In this document: positions 51,516-62,806 of the stretch, piece after piece | Layout: the number at the start of each line of letters is the position of its first letter | Position numbering within the stretch: the stretch's first letter is position 1 | Assembly (NCBI GenBank): GCA_965216565.1 | Contig: OZ244170.1 | Span: forward strand, 3,424,001-3,488,000 | Direction: 5' to 3' | Origin: Bythopirellula sp. | GTDB lineage: Bacteria; Planctomycetota; Planctomycetia; Pirellulales; Lacipirellulaceae | DNA length: 64,000 nucleotides | Translations under genes and position numbers: made by a program | The notes under the pieces: model-generated | What the model was told of the DNA's origin: nothing | What the model saw: the letters and a program-made list of their open reading frames with translations, nothing else | Database searches by the model: none

Positions 51516-52139
51516 ATGAAGTCGACTCATTCCTTCTGCTTACCTCTCTTGCTGGCCTGCGGCTTAAACGTATATGCCAGCGAAAGCATATCTGCTGAGC
51601 ACCTGGTCACTATCTTCAATGGCAAGGACTTTACCGGCTGGGAACTTCCGAAGCAGGATTCGCATCGGGCATCCTGGCAAATTGAAAACGGCATTCTCAA
51701 GGTGAAAAACGACCCGCAGCAGGAGGGCTCCACTCTCTGGACTAAGAAGGATTACCGCAATTTCATTCTTGAATTCGAATTCAGAATGGGAAAGGGTGTG
51801 GTCGACTCTGGTGTGTTCCTGCGAAACTCAAATGACCAAATTCAAATTGGCAACTCGGGCTCGCTGAAACGCGACATGACCGCCTCGCCTTACATTGCCA
51901 GTGAAAGAGGCTATCCGGTGGAAGCCAATGGAATTAAGAAGCTGCTTAGGCCCCGAGATTGGAACGGTATGACCATCGTCGCCAAGGCAAACGACTACTG
52001 CGTCTGGCTTAACGGACAATTCGTGATGCACTATCGATCGAAGACTGCCGATGAGAAAGGGCCGATAGGCCTTCAGCTTCACCCAGGGCGTGAAATGGAG
52101 ATCGACTTCCGCAACATCCGCTTGGCGGAGCTCAGATAA
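51516..52139 (+). CDS. DUF1080 (3-keto-disaccharide hydrolase-like) secreted protein
   Basis: FNGKDFTGW; W.IENGIL; Y.NF.LEFEF; DSGVFLR; WN.M.I; GPIGLQLH; FRNIRLAEL. Confidence 0.9.
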   Translation: MKSTHSFCLPLLLACGLNVYASESISAEHLVTIFNGKDFTGWELPKQDSHRASWQIENGILKVKNDPQQEGSTLWTKKDYRNFILEFEFRMGKGVVDSGVFLRNSNDQIQIGNSGSLKRDMTASPYIASERGYPVEANGIKKLLRPRDWNGMTIVAKANDYCVWLNGQFVMHYRSKTADEKGPIGLQLHPGREMEIDFRNIRLAELR

Positions 52140-52159
52140 CGCTCAGCTTAAAAAGAGCT

Positions 52160-52684
52160 CTACGGGGCGATGATCGGTGAGCTCAGACCTTCGGTAGCCG
52201 CAAACTGGCTGATGACGTTTAAGAATGGTGCGCGAGCATATTGAAAAAACGATATCTGCCAACTCGACGCGTCGCCGGTACTCCAATGGCCTGCTTGGAT
52301 AGGGATTCGATCTAGAGTGTATGCCGCAAAGCTGGTGAACATGATGGCGACAAAAAGCCCCATCAGTGGACCGGCTATCATTTCCAACAATGGCACAAAT
52401 CGGAGGCGAGTTCTGGAAGCCTTTTCCAGCAGGATCCGCATGATCGTGACGGAGAGGAAAAACACGCCCCACACGCAGGCAAAGACTACATGCCAAGTAT
52501 AATCTTCGCCGGCGTCGACCTTCTCGGCAGCAAAACTACCTAAGGGTGCTCCGACAGAAAAAGCCAGAATGCCACCCAACAGCACGACCAGCAGCAACAC
52601 AGAGTTGCTCCACAGTCCTTCGTTGATGGTCATAGCCACCCCGGCAAAGAATACAAAGCACAGCAGAATTACAAGGTACAGCAT
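52160..52684 (-). CDS. CvpA-like membrane protein
   Basis: Four TM helices; EGLW.N near the N-terminus; E.IAGPLMGL. Confidence 0.65.
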   Translation of the reverse strand: MLYLVILLCFVFFAGVAMTINEGLWSNSVLLLVVLLGGILAFSVGAPLGSFAAEKVDAGEDYTWHVVFACVWGVFFLSVTIMRILLEKASRTRLRFVPLLEMIAGPLMGLFVAIMFTSFAAYTLDRIPIQAGHWSTGDASSWQISFFQYARAPFLNVISQFAATEGLSSPIIAP

Positions 52685-52723
52685 AGTCAGCTTTCTTATT
52701 GGCGGCCGTCGATTCCCAGGGCC

Positions 52724-54625
52724 CTACTTCAAGACTCTCATTAATTCAGGTAGCGATGTCACTCCTTTAGCGACAAGCAAAATCCCTTCTTCTTGCAACA
52801 ACCGCTGGCTCGAAGCGCGGGCCGCTTTTTTCAGCAATTCTACCTTCGGCTGCTTCATCAAGATCTCGCGCATCTGGTCGTTGATCTCTAGCAATTCGAA
52901 GATGCCTGTCCGACCGATGTAGCCATTGCCCTGACACATTTTACAGGGCTTCTCGATTTCTTCGGGCTTCGGCGGACGATAGAGCTTGTCGATTTTTCCA
53001 GCAGGAATGCCAAGCTTCTTCAATATTTGCGGGGGCGGTGTGTAGGCCACTCGGCAGTCGACGCACAATTTGCGGACAAGCCTTTGATACAGCACACCCT
53101 TTAACGCCCTGGCGAATTCCTTCGGCGGCACCTTCATTTGCATAATACGAAGTGGTGCCTCCGCGGCCTCCTTGGCACGAACACTGGTGATTACCAGCTT
53201 TTCGTCTTTCACCTCGTTGAGCAGCAACTTCGCCGACTCGCTGTCGACCAAATCGCGGCAAATGTAAACGTTCGGATAGCTGCGAATTAGCTTTGGCATC
53301 AAGGTCGCCGGAGTTTCGCCTTCCTTGGCATTGTAGGTATGCACAGCAGTGTTCTGGATCTCTTGCTCGCGATGATTCTCCTCTTCGATAGTAACGAAAT
53401 CTCGCATGAGTCGGTCAGTTTCTTCAATCGAAACATCGATCAAAGTCGTCAGCCCACCACCCGGCAACGTAGAGAAAATCAGCAAACCTTGGTCGGCGTG
53501 CATCAGTTCGCTCCACTTTTCCTGCAGCCCTTCTCGCATGCCCAGATCGCTATAGGTATCGAAGGTCTGCTTTTCGCCACGGAGGTACATAATGACGCGC
53601 TCGCCCGTCTTCACTCCTTGTGCAGTCAGAGGACACAGATAGCTGTTGCCTTCGTATTTGGCGGCAAACTTGCCCTCTTGCTTTTTGCGTCGCTCACGCA
53701 CATCGAGGTTCGACAACGTTTTCATTACCGCGAGCATCACGTCGCCCGACTCGCGGTCCACGACTTCGCCATTGTGCCACATGCCGTCAATCTCGTGCTT
53801 CACGGCAACACCCTGTTGCGAGAAATCGAGCAGCACACGCTCGCTACGACGTTTCGACATGTCGGCTACTAAGTCTTTCAGCAGCAGATAGCCAGGTGAA
53901 TTGCGGGCCGAGAGCAAGTTGGCATTATCCGTGGTCGGATCATCGGCTCCCATCGCAAAGAAATCGACCGGAGCACCTTTCTCGTAGTCGGCTTTGCGTT
54001 CGGCATTGACCTTGATTCCCACCTTGCCAAGGACACTGGCAAACGCATAACGCCACCATGGTCCCGTGAGTACTGTCTGGTGAGGCTGGACATTCTTATT
54101 GTGAATAATCACATAGGGCACCCAGGTGACTAAGAACATTACTAGCCATACCGGAGCACGGATGATTGTAGCTAGGGGCAGAAAGAACAGCAGGGTCGCC
54201 ACTAAGAAAAACGGAAAGAACGCAATCGCGTTCCACTTGCTATAGCCCAGCTTGTAAATCTGAGCATCGCGGTTCACCCAGTCGGTGGCACCGACCCACA
54301 TCCAGAGCACCACAAATAGCATCAGCACCTTGAGCAACGGCATGATGCTAAAGCTGAGCCTTTCGACATTCGCGACAAATTCCTTTGCCCCGGCACCAGC
54401 CGCTGGCTTGTTTTGGTTGTTGGCCGCGGCAGGCTGATCGTCTTGCACCTTGTTGAGGTTCTTATTCTTCTTTAAATTGTCCGCCGCCATATCGGCTCGG
54501 ACGGCCTCGCCACCCAACACCGTTCCAACACCTACCTGCCCAAACACAACCTGGGTTGGGGCAACTACCAGAAAGGCTAGCAGGACCATCATCGAAACCA
54601 GAACGGATGTGACTACGCGTTTCAT
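52724..54625 (-). CDS. PilB/GspE-like protein with N-terminal TM region and degenerate ATPase motifs
   Basis: GERV; TIEE; QRLVRKLCVDC..CKMC.GNGYIGRTGIFELL; G.TSL.ELMRV; Walker A position reads STLPGGGLTT; TGATG overlap with pilT. Confidence 0.85.
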   Translation of the reverse strand: MKRVVTSVLVSMMVLLAFLVVAPTQVVFGQVGVGTVLGGEAVRADMAADNLKKNKNLNKVQDDQPAAANNQNKPAAGAGAKEFVANVERLSFSIMPLLKVLMLFVVLWMWVGATDWVNRDAQIYKLGYSKWNAIAFFPFFLVATLLFFLPLATIIRAPVWLVMFLVTWVPYVIIHNKNVQPHQTVLTGPWWRYAFASVLGKVGIKVNAERKADYEKGAPVDFFAMGADDPTTDNANLLSARNSPGYLLLKDLVADMSKRRSERVLLDFSQQGVAVKHEIDGMWHNGEVVDRESGDVMLAVMKTLSNLDVRERRKKQEGKFAAKYEGNSYLCPLTAQGVKTGERVIMYLRGEKQTFDTYSDLGMREGLQEKWSELMHADQGLLIFSTLPGGGLTTLIDVSIEETDRLMRDFVTIEEENHREQEIQNTAVHTYNAKEGETPATLMPKLIRSYPNVYICRDLVDSESAKLLLNEVKDEKLVITSVRAKEAAEAPLRIMQMKVPPKEFARALKGVLYQRLVRKLCVDCRVAYTPPPQILKKLGIPAGKIDKLYRPPKPEEIEKPCKMCQGNGYIGRTGIFELLEINDQMREILMKQPKVELLKKAARASSQRLLQEEGILLVAKGVTSLPELMRVLK

Positions 54626-55779
54626 CAAATCATACCGCCTTGGGTTACGTCGATTCCCTTGAGGGCCATCTTCAATGCTTCTCGGTTTGGCGCCACTTCC
54701 ATGGCAACTTCACGATCGATAAGTTCCTCGTCAACCAGCTTTTTAAGGCTCTGCGTGAAGTCCTGCATGCCATCTTCTGCACCCACACGGATAGCACCCG
54801 GCAAACGGTGATCTTCTTCCTCTAATACGAGTTTTCGCACCGTCGGCGAGAATGTCATTATCTCGACCGTTGGCACACGGCCCACTCCCGGCTTGATCGA
54901 TTTCAGCAGCTTCTGAGCAACGATCCCCTTCATGTTCATCGCAATGGCGCTGCGCAGTGCGCTGTGCATTTCTTGCGGGAAGAGGTCGAGGATACGACCA
55001 ATCGTCGATGCTGCCGTACTGGCATGAATCGTCCCAAATACCAAGTGACCCGTTTCCGCGGCGTGGATAGCCGTCATAAACGTTTCCTTGTCACGCATTT
55101 CGCCCACCAGCATCACGTCGGGATCTTCACGCACGGCATGCTTCATGCCGACTTCGAAATCAATTACATCGAGCCCGATTTCTCGCTGGTTGATCAAACA
55201 CTTGTCCTCGGTAAAGACGAATTCGATCGGGTCTTCCAGCGTCAGAATATGTTTGCGATAGCGTTGGTTGATCCAGTTGAGCATCGAGGCGATCGTGGTA
55301 CTTTTACCAGAACCGGTCACCCCCGCCAGCAAGATCATGCCCTGGTCGTAGGTACAAAGTTGCTCCATGGAAGGCGGCAGGTTCAGCCCTTCGAAGTCGG
55401 GGATCCAACTATTTACACGACGAGCCACCATCCCGATGTGGCCAAGTTGCTGCAGCAGGTTCACGCGGAATCGCCAGTTGGTGCCGTCGACTTCCAGCAT
55501 ATGGGCAAAGTCGGCACCACCGTCTTTGTCGAAAATCTTTCGGCTCCGCTCGTTCATCAGCGGAAAACAGAGCCGCACCATCTCTTCGTCGTCAATGGGT
55601 CCGCGGTTCATCGGACGCAGCGAGCCATCGACACGCACCATCGGCGGCTTGCCAACCTTGAGATGCAAGTCACTAGCTTCGAGCTTGACGCAAGCGCGGA
55701 ACAGCTTGTCGATTTCCAAGTCTTTATGGACTGCAACAAAACTATCGTAGTCGGATTCGTTGATCGAGCTTTTTGACAT
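54625..55779 (-). CDS. pilT: PilT/PilU family type IV pilus ATPase
   Basis: ASDLHLKVGKPP; RFRVN; GVTGSGKSTT; TLEDPIEF; REDPDVMLVGEMRD; AETGHLVFGTIH. Confidence 0.93.
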   Translation of the reverse strand: MSKSSINESDYDSFVAVHKDLEIDKLFRACVKLEASDLHLKVGKPPMVRVDGSLRPMNRGPIDDEEMVRLCFPLMNERSRKIFDKDGGADFAHMLEVDGTNWRFRVNLLQQLGHIGMVARRVNSWIPDFEGLNLPPSMEQLCTYDQGMILLAGVTGSGKSTTIASMLNWINQRYRKHILTLEDPIEFVFTEDKCLINQREIGLDVIDFEVGMKHAVREDPDVMLVGEMRDKETFMTAIHAAETGHLVFGTIHASTAASTIGRILDLFPQEMHSALRSAIAMNMKGIVAQKLLKSIKPGVGRVPTVEIMTFSPTVRKLVLEEEDHRLPGAIRVGAEDGMQDFTQSLKKLVDEELIDREVAMEVAPNREALKMALKGIDVTQGGMI

Positions 55780-55861
55780 ATCCACACTTTCCAGGGCTAA
55801 CTCGTTGCTGCTTCTGGAGTTTGTTCACGCTGATTCCTCTCCCCTAGTCGGGAAAAGGAAA

Positions 55862-56644
55862 TCATACGGCTTCGATTGCTATCCGCACCGGGACACCCCG
55901 CTCGGCCATCACGCGCTTGGTTTCTTCTATTGTATACTCGCCAAAATGAAAAATGCTGGCTGCCAGTGCCGCATCGGCTTTTCCAGCGGTTACTGCTTCA
56001 GCCAAATGCTCGGGGCAACCGGCCCCACCGCTAGCCACCACAGGGATGGGGACCGCCTCAGCCACCGCTGAGGTAATCTCCAAATCATACCCGTCTTTGG
56101 TTCCATCGGCATCCATGCTGGTGAGCACAATCTCACCCGCTCCCAATTCCACCACCTGACGGGCCCAATCGACCGCTTCAAGCCCAGTACCAATGCGGCC
56201 ACCGTTAATGTGTACTTCCCACACCTCGCGACCTTCTTTCATCACGCGCTTGGGATCGATATTCACCACAATGCACTGGCTGCCGAATTTCAGTGCCGCT
56301 GCTCGCACAAACTCTGGATCGCGAACCGCCGCTGAGTTGATCGAAACTTTGTCGCATCCAGCCAACAGCAAATTTCGGATGTCTTCCAAATCTCGAATGC
56401 CCCCGCCAACAGTCAGCGGCATGAATACTTGTTCGGCCGTCCGCCTGACGACATCGAGCATAATATCGCGACCTTCATGGCTAGCCGTGATATCAAGGAA
56501 CACCAACTCGTCGGCACCTTCTCGTTCATACCGCGCGGCGACTTCAACCGGATCACCAGCGTCGCGCAGATTGACGAAGTTGGTACCTTTGACAACTCGG
56601 CCACTCTCGACGTCCAAACAGGGGATCACGCGTTTGGCAAGCAT
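55862..56644 (-). CDS. hisF: Imidazole glycerol phosphate synthase cyclase subunit
   Basis: [65 protein letters not shown]. Confidence 0.98.
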   Translation of the reverse strand: MLAKRVIPCLDVESGRVVKGTNFVNLRDAGDPVEVAARYEREGADELVFLDITASHEGRDIMLDVVRRTAEQVFMPLTVGGGIRDLEDIRNLLLAGCDKVSINSAAVRDPEFVRAAALKFGSQCIVVNIDPKRVMKEGREVWEVHINGGRIGTGLEAVDWARQVVELGAGEIVLTSMDADGTKDGYDLEITSAVAEAVPIPVVASGGAGCPEHLAEAVTAGKADAALAASIFHFGEYTIEETKRVMAERGVPVRIAIEAV

Positions 56645-56786
56645 CGAAGACCGATTGACCTCAGACTAAGTGTGAGAGTTGGAAGATTGCCATACCGGAA
56701 TTTCAACCCGATGAGTCGACTTCTGCCGCCTCGCAGGCGACCGAAGTCTCGTAAGCTATTTAGTTTAAGTAGCTTGCGGGGGGTGG

Positions 56787-58817
56787 TCAACTAGATCGCT
56801 GGGGGCACAGTTCGCCGTAATCGAGACAGACTCGGCGGCATTCGGGCAATGAGTCCAGGAACAGACGGCCGTACGATTTGCTATGAACCCTCGGATCGAG
56901 AATCACGACGCGTCCCTCATCGTTACGCGTTCGAATCAGCCGGCCAAACCCTTGCTTCAATTTCAGGGCGGCTTCTGGCAATTGATAATCGCGGAATGGC
57001 TGCCCGCCACTGGCGCGGATCGCCTCCAATCGAGCCTCCAGAAGAGGTCGATCGGGCACACTAAACGGGAGCTTGGCAATTATCACCTGCCGCAGTGCGT
57101 CGCCAGGAACATCGACCCCCTGCCAAAAACTGTCGGCTCCAAGCAAGATCGCGCGGGGATCGCGTTTAAACTCTTGTATCATTTGGCTGCGAGGCGTACC
57201 GTCCGATTGACTGATCAGATTCAAATTGTTCGCCCGCAACCAGGGCGACAGCGTCGCCGCGACACGACGCATCATCTCGTAACTGGTGAGTAGCACAAAC
57301 GTGTGGCCATCCTGCTCTCGCGTGAAGTGTTGAATTAACTGCACACACGCGCGAAAATACTCTTCCTGCTCTTTACCCGGATCGGGCATGCCCTGCATTG
57401 TTACTAGCTCCGCTTGCTCTTGATAATCGAAAGGACTATCGAGCTGCTCGGTGCGTGTCTTGACCAATCCCAGTCGTTCGCGGAAGAAGTCGAACGAGTC
57501 GTCCTTGCCGATCGACAATGTCGCACTGGTAAGAATGACGGTCGGCAATTTCTGAAATAGCTGTTCTCGCAATGCTGGCCCGACATCCAAGGGTGCCGCC
57601 GAGAGTGTCATCCTCGGCTGGCCTCGCCGCGTTTTGTAAGACTCCATCCAATAAACCGCCGAATCAATCTCCTGACGGTGCCAGGTAATCAGTTCCCCCC
57701 CCAAAGCGACGAGTCGATCCGAGGCGGAGATGAAATCTTGCCGTTCGGTTTCATCCTGCTGCATGTCGCCGGCGCGTTTGACTTCCCGCGCTAGGACTCG
57801 CAATTCAGGGCTGAGGGGATTGTTGATTTTGATCGGACTACGTACGCGACCGTTTTGTGGTGCGCTAGCCTCAAGCCAATCACCCAAGTCGGCAAAGAAT
57901 TCGTCCGCCGCGATGCGACACCTATCCACTTGCTCCGAAAGTTCTCGCAAGCCATGGTGAACGAGCAGTCCCTTTTGCGTGCGATCGTTGTAGAGCCGAC
58001 TCAAGGTGTATTCGATTTGCCCACTAGTGATGCGGACTCCCAAATGGTCGGCCGCTACCGATTCCACCGTGTGGGCTTCGTCCAGCACCACCACCTGGTA
58101 ATCGGGAAGCAAACTCACACCCTGGCGTCGCAGTGCTAAATCGCTGAAGAAGAGCGCGTGATTGACGATCATGATTTGCGCATGCTGCGCCCGACGCCGA
58201 TCCTGATAGTAAAAGCACTTCTTATAGCTTGGGCACCGGCGCCCCATGCAATTGCCGTGGTCGCTGGCCACTTCGTCCCACACCTGGGGGGCCGGCTTGA
58301 AGTTCAAATCGCTCAGCGATCCGTCGTGCGTGGTTTCGCTCCAGGTGCGGAGCTCCTTGAGTTGCGTCATCGATTCGTCGGTTTCAAACAAAGTTTGTCC
58401 TCGCGAAACCGCTTTTTGCAAGCGACGCAGGCTCACGTAGTTGCGACGACCTTTTACGAGAACAGCGGAGAACTCACGAGGGATCACGCTATTGAGCAGC
58501 GGCAAATCTTTCCGCAATAGCTGTTCCTGAAGACTTATGGTGTGCGTGGAGATCACCACCCGCAGAGGCGGTTCTTTCTCGCCTCGGTCTGCCTGCTTCT
58601 CAGTCGCTGCGAGAATCGCCGGTACCAGATAGGCAAAGCTCTTCCCTACGCCGGTGCCGGCCTCCACGACCAAGTGTTCTTCAGCATCGATGGCAGCCGC
58701 CACCGCATCGGCCATCGCCAATTGCTGAGGTCGATCCTCATACTGCTCTAGCCGTCGAGCAATCGCACCGTCTGCACCGAGAACATCGGCAACCGTGATT
58801 TCAGTGGAGGAAGCCAA
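56787..58817 (-). CDS. ATP-dependent DNA helicase, DinG/YoaA family
   Basis: [49 protein letters not shown]. Confidence 0.93.
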   Translation of the reverse strand: MASSTEITVADVLGADGAIARRLEQYEDRPQQLAMADAVAAAIDAEEHLVVEAGTGVGKSFAYLVPAILAATEKQADRGEKEPPLRVVISTHTISLQEQLLRKDLPLLNSVIPREFSAVLVKGRRNYVSLRRLQKAVSRGQTLFETDESMTQLKELRTWSETTHDGSLSDLNFKPAPQVWDEVASDHGNCMGRRCPSYKKCFYYQDRRRAQHAQIMIVNHALFFSDLALRRQGVSLLPDYQVVVLDEAHTVESVAADHLGVRITSGQIEYTLSRLYNDRTQKGLLVHHGLRELSEQVDRCRIAADEFFADLGDWLEASAPQNGRVRSPIKINNPLSPELRVLAREVKRAGDMQQDETERQDFISASDRLVALGGELITWHRQEIDSAVYWMESYKTRRGQPRMTLSAAPLDVGPALREQLFQKLPTVILTSATLSIGKDDSFDFFRERLGLVKTRTEQLDSPFDYQEQAELVTMQGMPDPGKEQEEYFRACVQLIQHFTREQDGHTFVLLTSYEMMRRVAATLSPWLRANNLNLISQSDGTPRSQMIQEFKRDPRAILLGADSFWQGVDVPGDALRQVIIAKLPFSVPDRPLLEARLEAIRASGGQPFRDYQLPEAALKLKQGFGRLIRTRNDEGRVVILDPRVHSKSYGRLFLDSLPECRRVCLDYGELCPQRSS

Positions 58818-58859
58818 CCGTGGTTTCTCTCAGGGGGGATGCGTGACGGGACCAAGAGC

Positions 58860-59696
58860 CTAACGAGGTTTGGCCGTGATCGTGCCCTCGTCGGGGCTGC
58901 TGGCGGTGGCGTACAGCTTTTTGGGAATCCGGCCCGCCAGGTATGCCAGTCGACCGGCTTCGATGCCTAGTCGCATGGCGTCGGCCATGGCCAGCGGATC
59001 TTGGGCATGGGCGATGCCCGTGTTGAGTAGCACCCCGTCGACGCCCAGTTCCATGGCCTGGGTGACATCGCTGGCGGTGCCGACGCCCGCGTCGACAATC
59101 ACAGGATAGTCCGGGTCGTTGTCTTTGAGATACTCCATACAAATGCGGATGTTGTTCGGATTGAGGATCCCCTGCCCCGAACCGATGGGGCTTCCGGCAG
59201 GCATCACGCTGGTGGCCCCGGCTTCTTTCAACCGTCGTGCCACTACCGGATCGTCGGTGGAATAGCAGAGAACCTGGAAGCCCTCAGCAACCAGCTTTTC
59301 GGTGGCTTCGATCGTAGCGACTGGATCGGGCAGCAATGTTTTGGTATCGCTCAGAACTTCCAGTTTCACCCAATCGGCACCAGGGTTTTCCAAGCCCTCC
59401 AGAATCTCGCGTCCTAAACGCGCTACTCGTACAGCATCTTCGGCATTGAAGCACCCAGCGGTATTCGGCAGCAGTGTGTAGCGATCGGTATCGATGAAAT
59501 CGAGCAGATTGTTGCCCTGGGCATCAATCAATCGCTCGCGGCGCACCGCTACCGTAATGCAATCGGTGCCCGAGCGCTCCAGCGACTCCTGCATCAGGGG
59601 ATAACTAGCATACTTGCCCGTGCCGACAATGAGCCGACTCTGCAAAGTATGCGTGCCAATCGTAAGCTGTGATTCTTGAGTAATGTCAATAGACAT
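58860..59696 (-). CDS. thiG: Thiazole synthase
   Basis: [59 protein letters not shown]. Confidence 0.98.
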   Translation of the reverse strand: MSIDITQESQLTIGTHTLQSRLIVGTGKYASYPLMQESLERSGTDCITVAVRRERLIDAQGNNLLDFIDTDRYTLLPNTAGCFNAEDAVRVARLGREILEGLENPGADWVKLEVLSDTKTLLPDPVATIEATEKLVAEGFQVLCYSTDDPVVARRLKEAGATSVMPAGSPIGSGQGILNPNNIRICMEYLKDNDPDYPVIVDAGVGTASDVTQAMELGVDGVLLNTGIAHAQDPLAMADAMRLGIEAGRLAYLAGRIPKKLYATASSPDEGTITAKPR

Positions 59697-59708
59697 GGTG
59701 AATTCGTT

Positions 59709-59737
59709 TGTTGGTCAGTCGTCAGTTACAAGTTGGA
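59709..59737. repeat. Degenerate 7-bp tandem array between thiS and thiG
   Basis: TGTTGGT CAGTCGT CAGTTAC AAGTTGG. Confidence 0.5.
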
Positions 59738-59755
59738 TTGATGTCCGCTCTCAAA

Positions 59756-59956
59756 CTAGCCCCCACCCACTAAGGTTACTACTTCCAGTTGATCGCCCGC
59801 CGTGAGTTTGGTCTCGGCATGATCGGCCCGAGGTACGAGTTGGCGGTTGCACTCCACCGCGAGATACCGAGGGTCGAGTTCCAGTTCGCTAATGAGTGCT
59901 GCAATGGTGATCTCATCCGCCACTTCGCGCTGCTGACCATTGACTTCGATTTGCAT
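59756..59956 (-). CDS. thiS: Sulfur carrier protein ThiS
   Basis: MQIEVNG...AVE.N..LVPR....[12 protein letters not shown] (66 aa). Confidence 0.96.
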   Translation of the reverse strand: MQIEVNGQQREVADEITIAALISELELDPRYLAVECNRQLVPRADHAETKLTAGDQLEVVTLVGGG

Positions 59957-59975
59957 CTCAAACTCCGTTGCCGCC

Positions 59976-60497
59976 TCAGTCTCGCACCGCAGCCGTTCGA
60001 AAGGTGCCACTTGCCACCAGAGCCAACGTCCCCCGCTGAGGTTTGCCCGCCGCATTCAAACTAGAATTGAAAGGCAAGGCGTAAGAACAAACCTGGCCGG
60101 TGGTCGCCTCGGCCACATACACCAGGCTTCTGCCAATCTGGGTACCGGCACTTCCGCGAGGCAGATCAGCAACTCCGGTGACCATTAGGTACTTGGGGTT
60201 TTTGGCGTAGCCTTCGAAGTCGCCTTGGATATTGCGTTCAAACAGCGCCGTAAACTCGGCAGTCCGCCGACTAACGACCGCAGCACGCAAGTCGCCCGTG
60301 AGGAAATCGAGAAAATAAAACGCTTCGACTTCGTTATCGGCAAAGCCAGTGGCGATGGCAAAATTTGCCTCGCCATGAGTGGCCGAAGCGTGCACTAGCT
60401 GTGGCTGACCAGTCCCAAACCAAGCGACCGTCAATAGCCCACCCGCGAAGACACCCAACACCACGAGTGCAGCATGATTGCAGAACTTCTGAAACAT
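59976..60497 (-). CDS. Hypothetical membrane-anchored/secreted protein
   Basis: ATG at 60497 after RBS GGAG; N-terminal [10 protein letters not shown] and YVAEATTG beta-hairpin-like motifs. Confidence 0.75.
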   Translation of the reverse strand: MFQKFCNHAALVVLGVFAGGLLTVAWFGTGQPQLVHASATHGEANFAIATGFADNEVEAFYFLDFLTGDLRAAVVSRRTAEFTALFERNIQGDFEGYAKNPKYLMVTGVADLPRGSAGTQIGRSLVYVAEATTGQVCSYALPFNSSLNAAGKPQRGTLALVASGTFRTAAVRD

Positions 60498-60625
60498 GGT
60501 TCTTCTCCCAAACAAGGATACGAGCCGATGGCCTCGCTCATTCACCGAGGCCACGCTATATGCATCGTACCGCTTTGGGAGACGAGAATCCAGGAGGTGG
60601 AGATCTACCTGCAGCCTCGGGACGC

Positions 60626-61324
60626 TCAGTCGCTTCCGCCGCCACCAAATCGCATGACGTAGTACAGCAGAATCATGACTGACTGCAGTGTTGCCGCCAC
60701 ATAGGTCCATGCGGCCGCATTCAGCACACGGTTGACATATACCATGCTCTCGCCGGGAACTATGCCGTGATCGACGAGCAGTCTCTTAGCCCGTGCACTG
60801 GCGTCGAATTCTACAGGCAGATTGATGAGCTGAAATGCGGCGACGCAGCCGAATGCCACGATACCGATCATCAGCAAAGTGTGACCAAAGGCGATCTGTG
60901 TGTAGAGCAGTCCGATGCCAGCAAAAATCAGTAGCGTGCTGAAACGTCCACCGAAGCTGGCAACCGGCACAGCCATGTTGCGAATCACCAGTGGTGCATA
61001 TCGCTTGGCGTCTTGCAATGCGTGCCCCGCCTCATGAGCGGCAATTCCAACTGCGGCGGTAGAGCGCTGTCCGAAGACACCCTGACTCAATCGAAGCACT
61101 TTGTCGCTCGGGTCGTAGTGGTCGGTCAACTGACCCGGCACCTGCTCGATACCGACGTCCTGCAAGCCGGCAGCGTCCAGGATATGACGCGCCGCGGCAG
61201 CTCCGCTGATCGAAACAGGGACTTTCGACGCTTCGGCATAAGCCGACTTCACTTTCATCTGTGCCCAAAAAGCCAGCAACAAAGCCGGAGCAAGATAAAG
61301 GAAGTACATGGGATCAAAAAACAT
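60626..61324 (-). CDS. Putative neutral zinc metallopeptidase (YugP-like)
   Basis: G.LTDHYDP..KVLRLS; AAHEAGHALQ; LPVEFDASARA; VLNAAAWTYVAA. Confidence 0.93.
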   Translation of the reverse strand: MFFDPMYFLYLAPALLLAFWAQMKVKSAYAEASKVPVSISGAAAARHILDAAGLQDVGIEQVPGQLTDHYDPSDKVLRLSQGVFGQRSTAAVGIAAHEAGHALQDAKRYAPLVIRNMAVPVASFGGRFSTLLIFAGIGLLYTQIAFGHTLLMIGIVAFGCVAAFQLINLPVEFDASARAKRLLVDHGIVPGESMVYVNRVLNAAAWTYVAATLQSVMILLYYVMRFGGGGSD

Positions 61325-61496
61325 GATCAAATTCTCCAGCAACTATTTTGCAAATTCGAAAAACTTAGGTGAGTCCTCAGCCGGGTTCTGACAGATCGCC
61401 CGGTATCGGTTCTACGCAGAATGCTATCGGCCGGTTCGCCCAGCGGCAAGGTGACAATTTGCCTGCATAGATTGCTTATTCGCCGGAAATGGCCAT

Positions 61497-62636
61497 TTAT
61501 TGGCTGCCTACGGCAATCGGAGCTCCGGTACTCCACCCCGCCTCGTCCCGTTCCACCCGATGGTAGAGGGTATCGCGCTCCACCGGTTCGCGACCTGCCT
61601 CTTCAATGACGGCACGAATTTTCTCGACACTCAAAATTTCCGGTGTCTCCGCTCCTGCGTCGTGATAAATCAGCTCGTGGCGGACCGTGCCGTCGATATC
61701 GTCGGCACCATACGACAAAGCTACCTGCGCTGTCCCAACGCCCAGCATGATCCAATATGCCTTCATGTGCGGTACATTGTCGAGCATCAACCGACTAATG
61801 GCCATCGTCCGCAAATCCATGGCCGCCGAGGGTTTGGTGATATGGCTCAGCCCAGTGTTTTCAGGATGAAACGCCAAGGGGATGAACGTTTGAAAACCAC
61901 CCGTCTCGTTTTGCAACTCCCGCAATCTAAGTAGATGGTCGATGCGGTGAAACGGCTGTTCGATATGCCCGTAAAGCATGGTGCAATTCGACCGCAGCCC
62001 AAGTTCATGAGCGGTGCGGTGCGTTTCAAACCAACGGCTGGAGTCGGCCTTGTGCTCGCAAATTTGGTCACGAACTTCGGGATGGAAAATCTCGGCCCCG
62101 CCGCCGGGTAAGCTTCCAAGCCCTGCATCCTTCATGTCTTCCAGCACCCACCGAATCGATTTTCCGGTCAGCCGGGCAAACCAATCGATTTCCACAGGTG
62201 TCCAAGCCTTGAGGTGCAGCGTCGGATAGGCATCTCTCAGCAGGCTCACCACCTTGCGGTACCAATCGTATTTGGCTTGGTGATGCAGTCCACCAACGAT
62301 GTGCATCTCCGTGCTACCCGCGTTAACCGCCTCTTGCCCCCGGGCCAGGACTTGTTCGTCGCTCATCCAATAGCCCTTGGCATCGCGCAGGTCGGCACGA
62401 AACGCACAGAACGTGCAGCGGTAGACGCACACATTGGTCGGGTTCAAGTGGGTATTGATATTGTAGTAAGCGAAGTTGCCGTTCTTGCGTTCACGAACGA
62501 CATTAGCCAACTCACCCAACTCCGGCAGCGGCACATCGTCGCGGTACATCAGCAGACCATCGTCAGCCGAGAGCCGCTCGCCTGCTTCGACTTTCTCACG
62601 GATCGTTTCAAGTTGGGGGGAAGATGTGCGAAGCAT
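61497..62636 (-). CDS. mqnE: Aminofutalosine synthase (radical SAM)
   Basis: NPTNVCVYRCTFCAF; HIVGGLH; PGGGAEIF; MLYGHIE; FIPLAFHPEN; HMKAYW; GADDIDGTV. Confidence 0.9.
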   Translation of the reverse strand: MLRTSSPQLETIREKVEAGERLSADDGLLMYRDDVPLPELGELANVVRERKNGNFAYYNINTHLNPTNVCVYRCTFCAFRADLRDAKGYWMSDEQVLARGQEAVNAGSTEMHIVGGLHHQAKYDWYRKVVSLLRDAYPTLHLKAWTPVEIDWFARLTGKSIRWVLEDMKDAGLGSLPGGGAEIFHPEVRDQICEHKADSSRWFETHRTAHELGLRSNCTMLYGHIEQPFHRIDHLLRLRELQNETGGFQTFIPLAFHPENTGLSHITKPSAAMDLRTMAISRLMLDNVPHMKAYWIMLGVGTAQVALSYGADDIDGTVRHELIYHDAGAETPEILSVEKIRAVIEEAGREPVERDTLYHRVERDEAGWSTGAPIAVGSQ

Positions 62637-62642
62637 GGATGA

Positions 62643-62766
62643 TTGTCGGCGGTCCGTTGTTAGTTGTGAAATCAATTCCCGGCGACGCTCACCGCAGCGG
62701 GCAAACTGCGTGTCGCGGCCATTTCCCTAGTCCCTCGCCCCGAGGGGAGAGGCTAGGTGAGGGGGC
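62643..62766. repeat. 7-bp array plus REP-like palindrome between mqnP and mqnE
   Basis: TTGTCGG CGGTCCG TTGTTAG TTGTGAA (62643-62670); minus strand CCCCTCACCTAGCCTCTCCCCTCGGGGCGAGGG (about 62732-62764). Confidence 0.6.
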
Positions 62767-62806
62767 AATACAAATACGGAAGTTATTTTTCCCCGATTCC
62801 TAATTA

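Noticed and set aside
59957..60625. TPP riboswitch upstream of thiS-thiG
   Set aside because: Only about 20 bp precede thiS, and I saw no TPP consensus upstream of the preceding gene.
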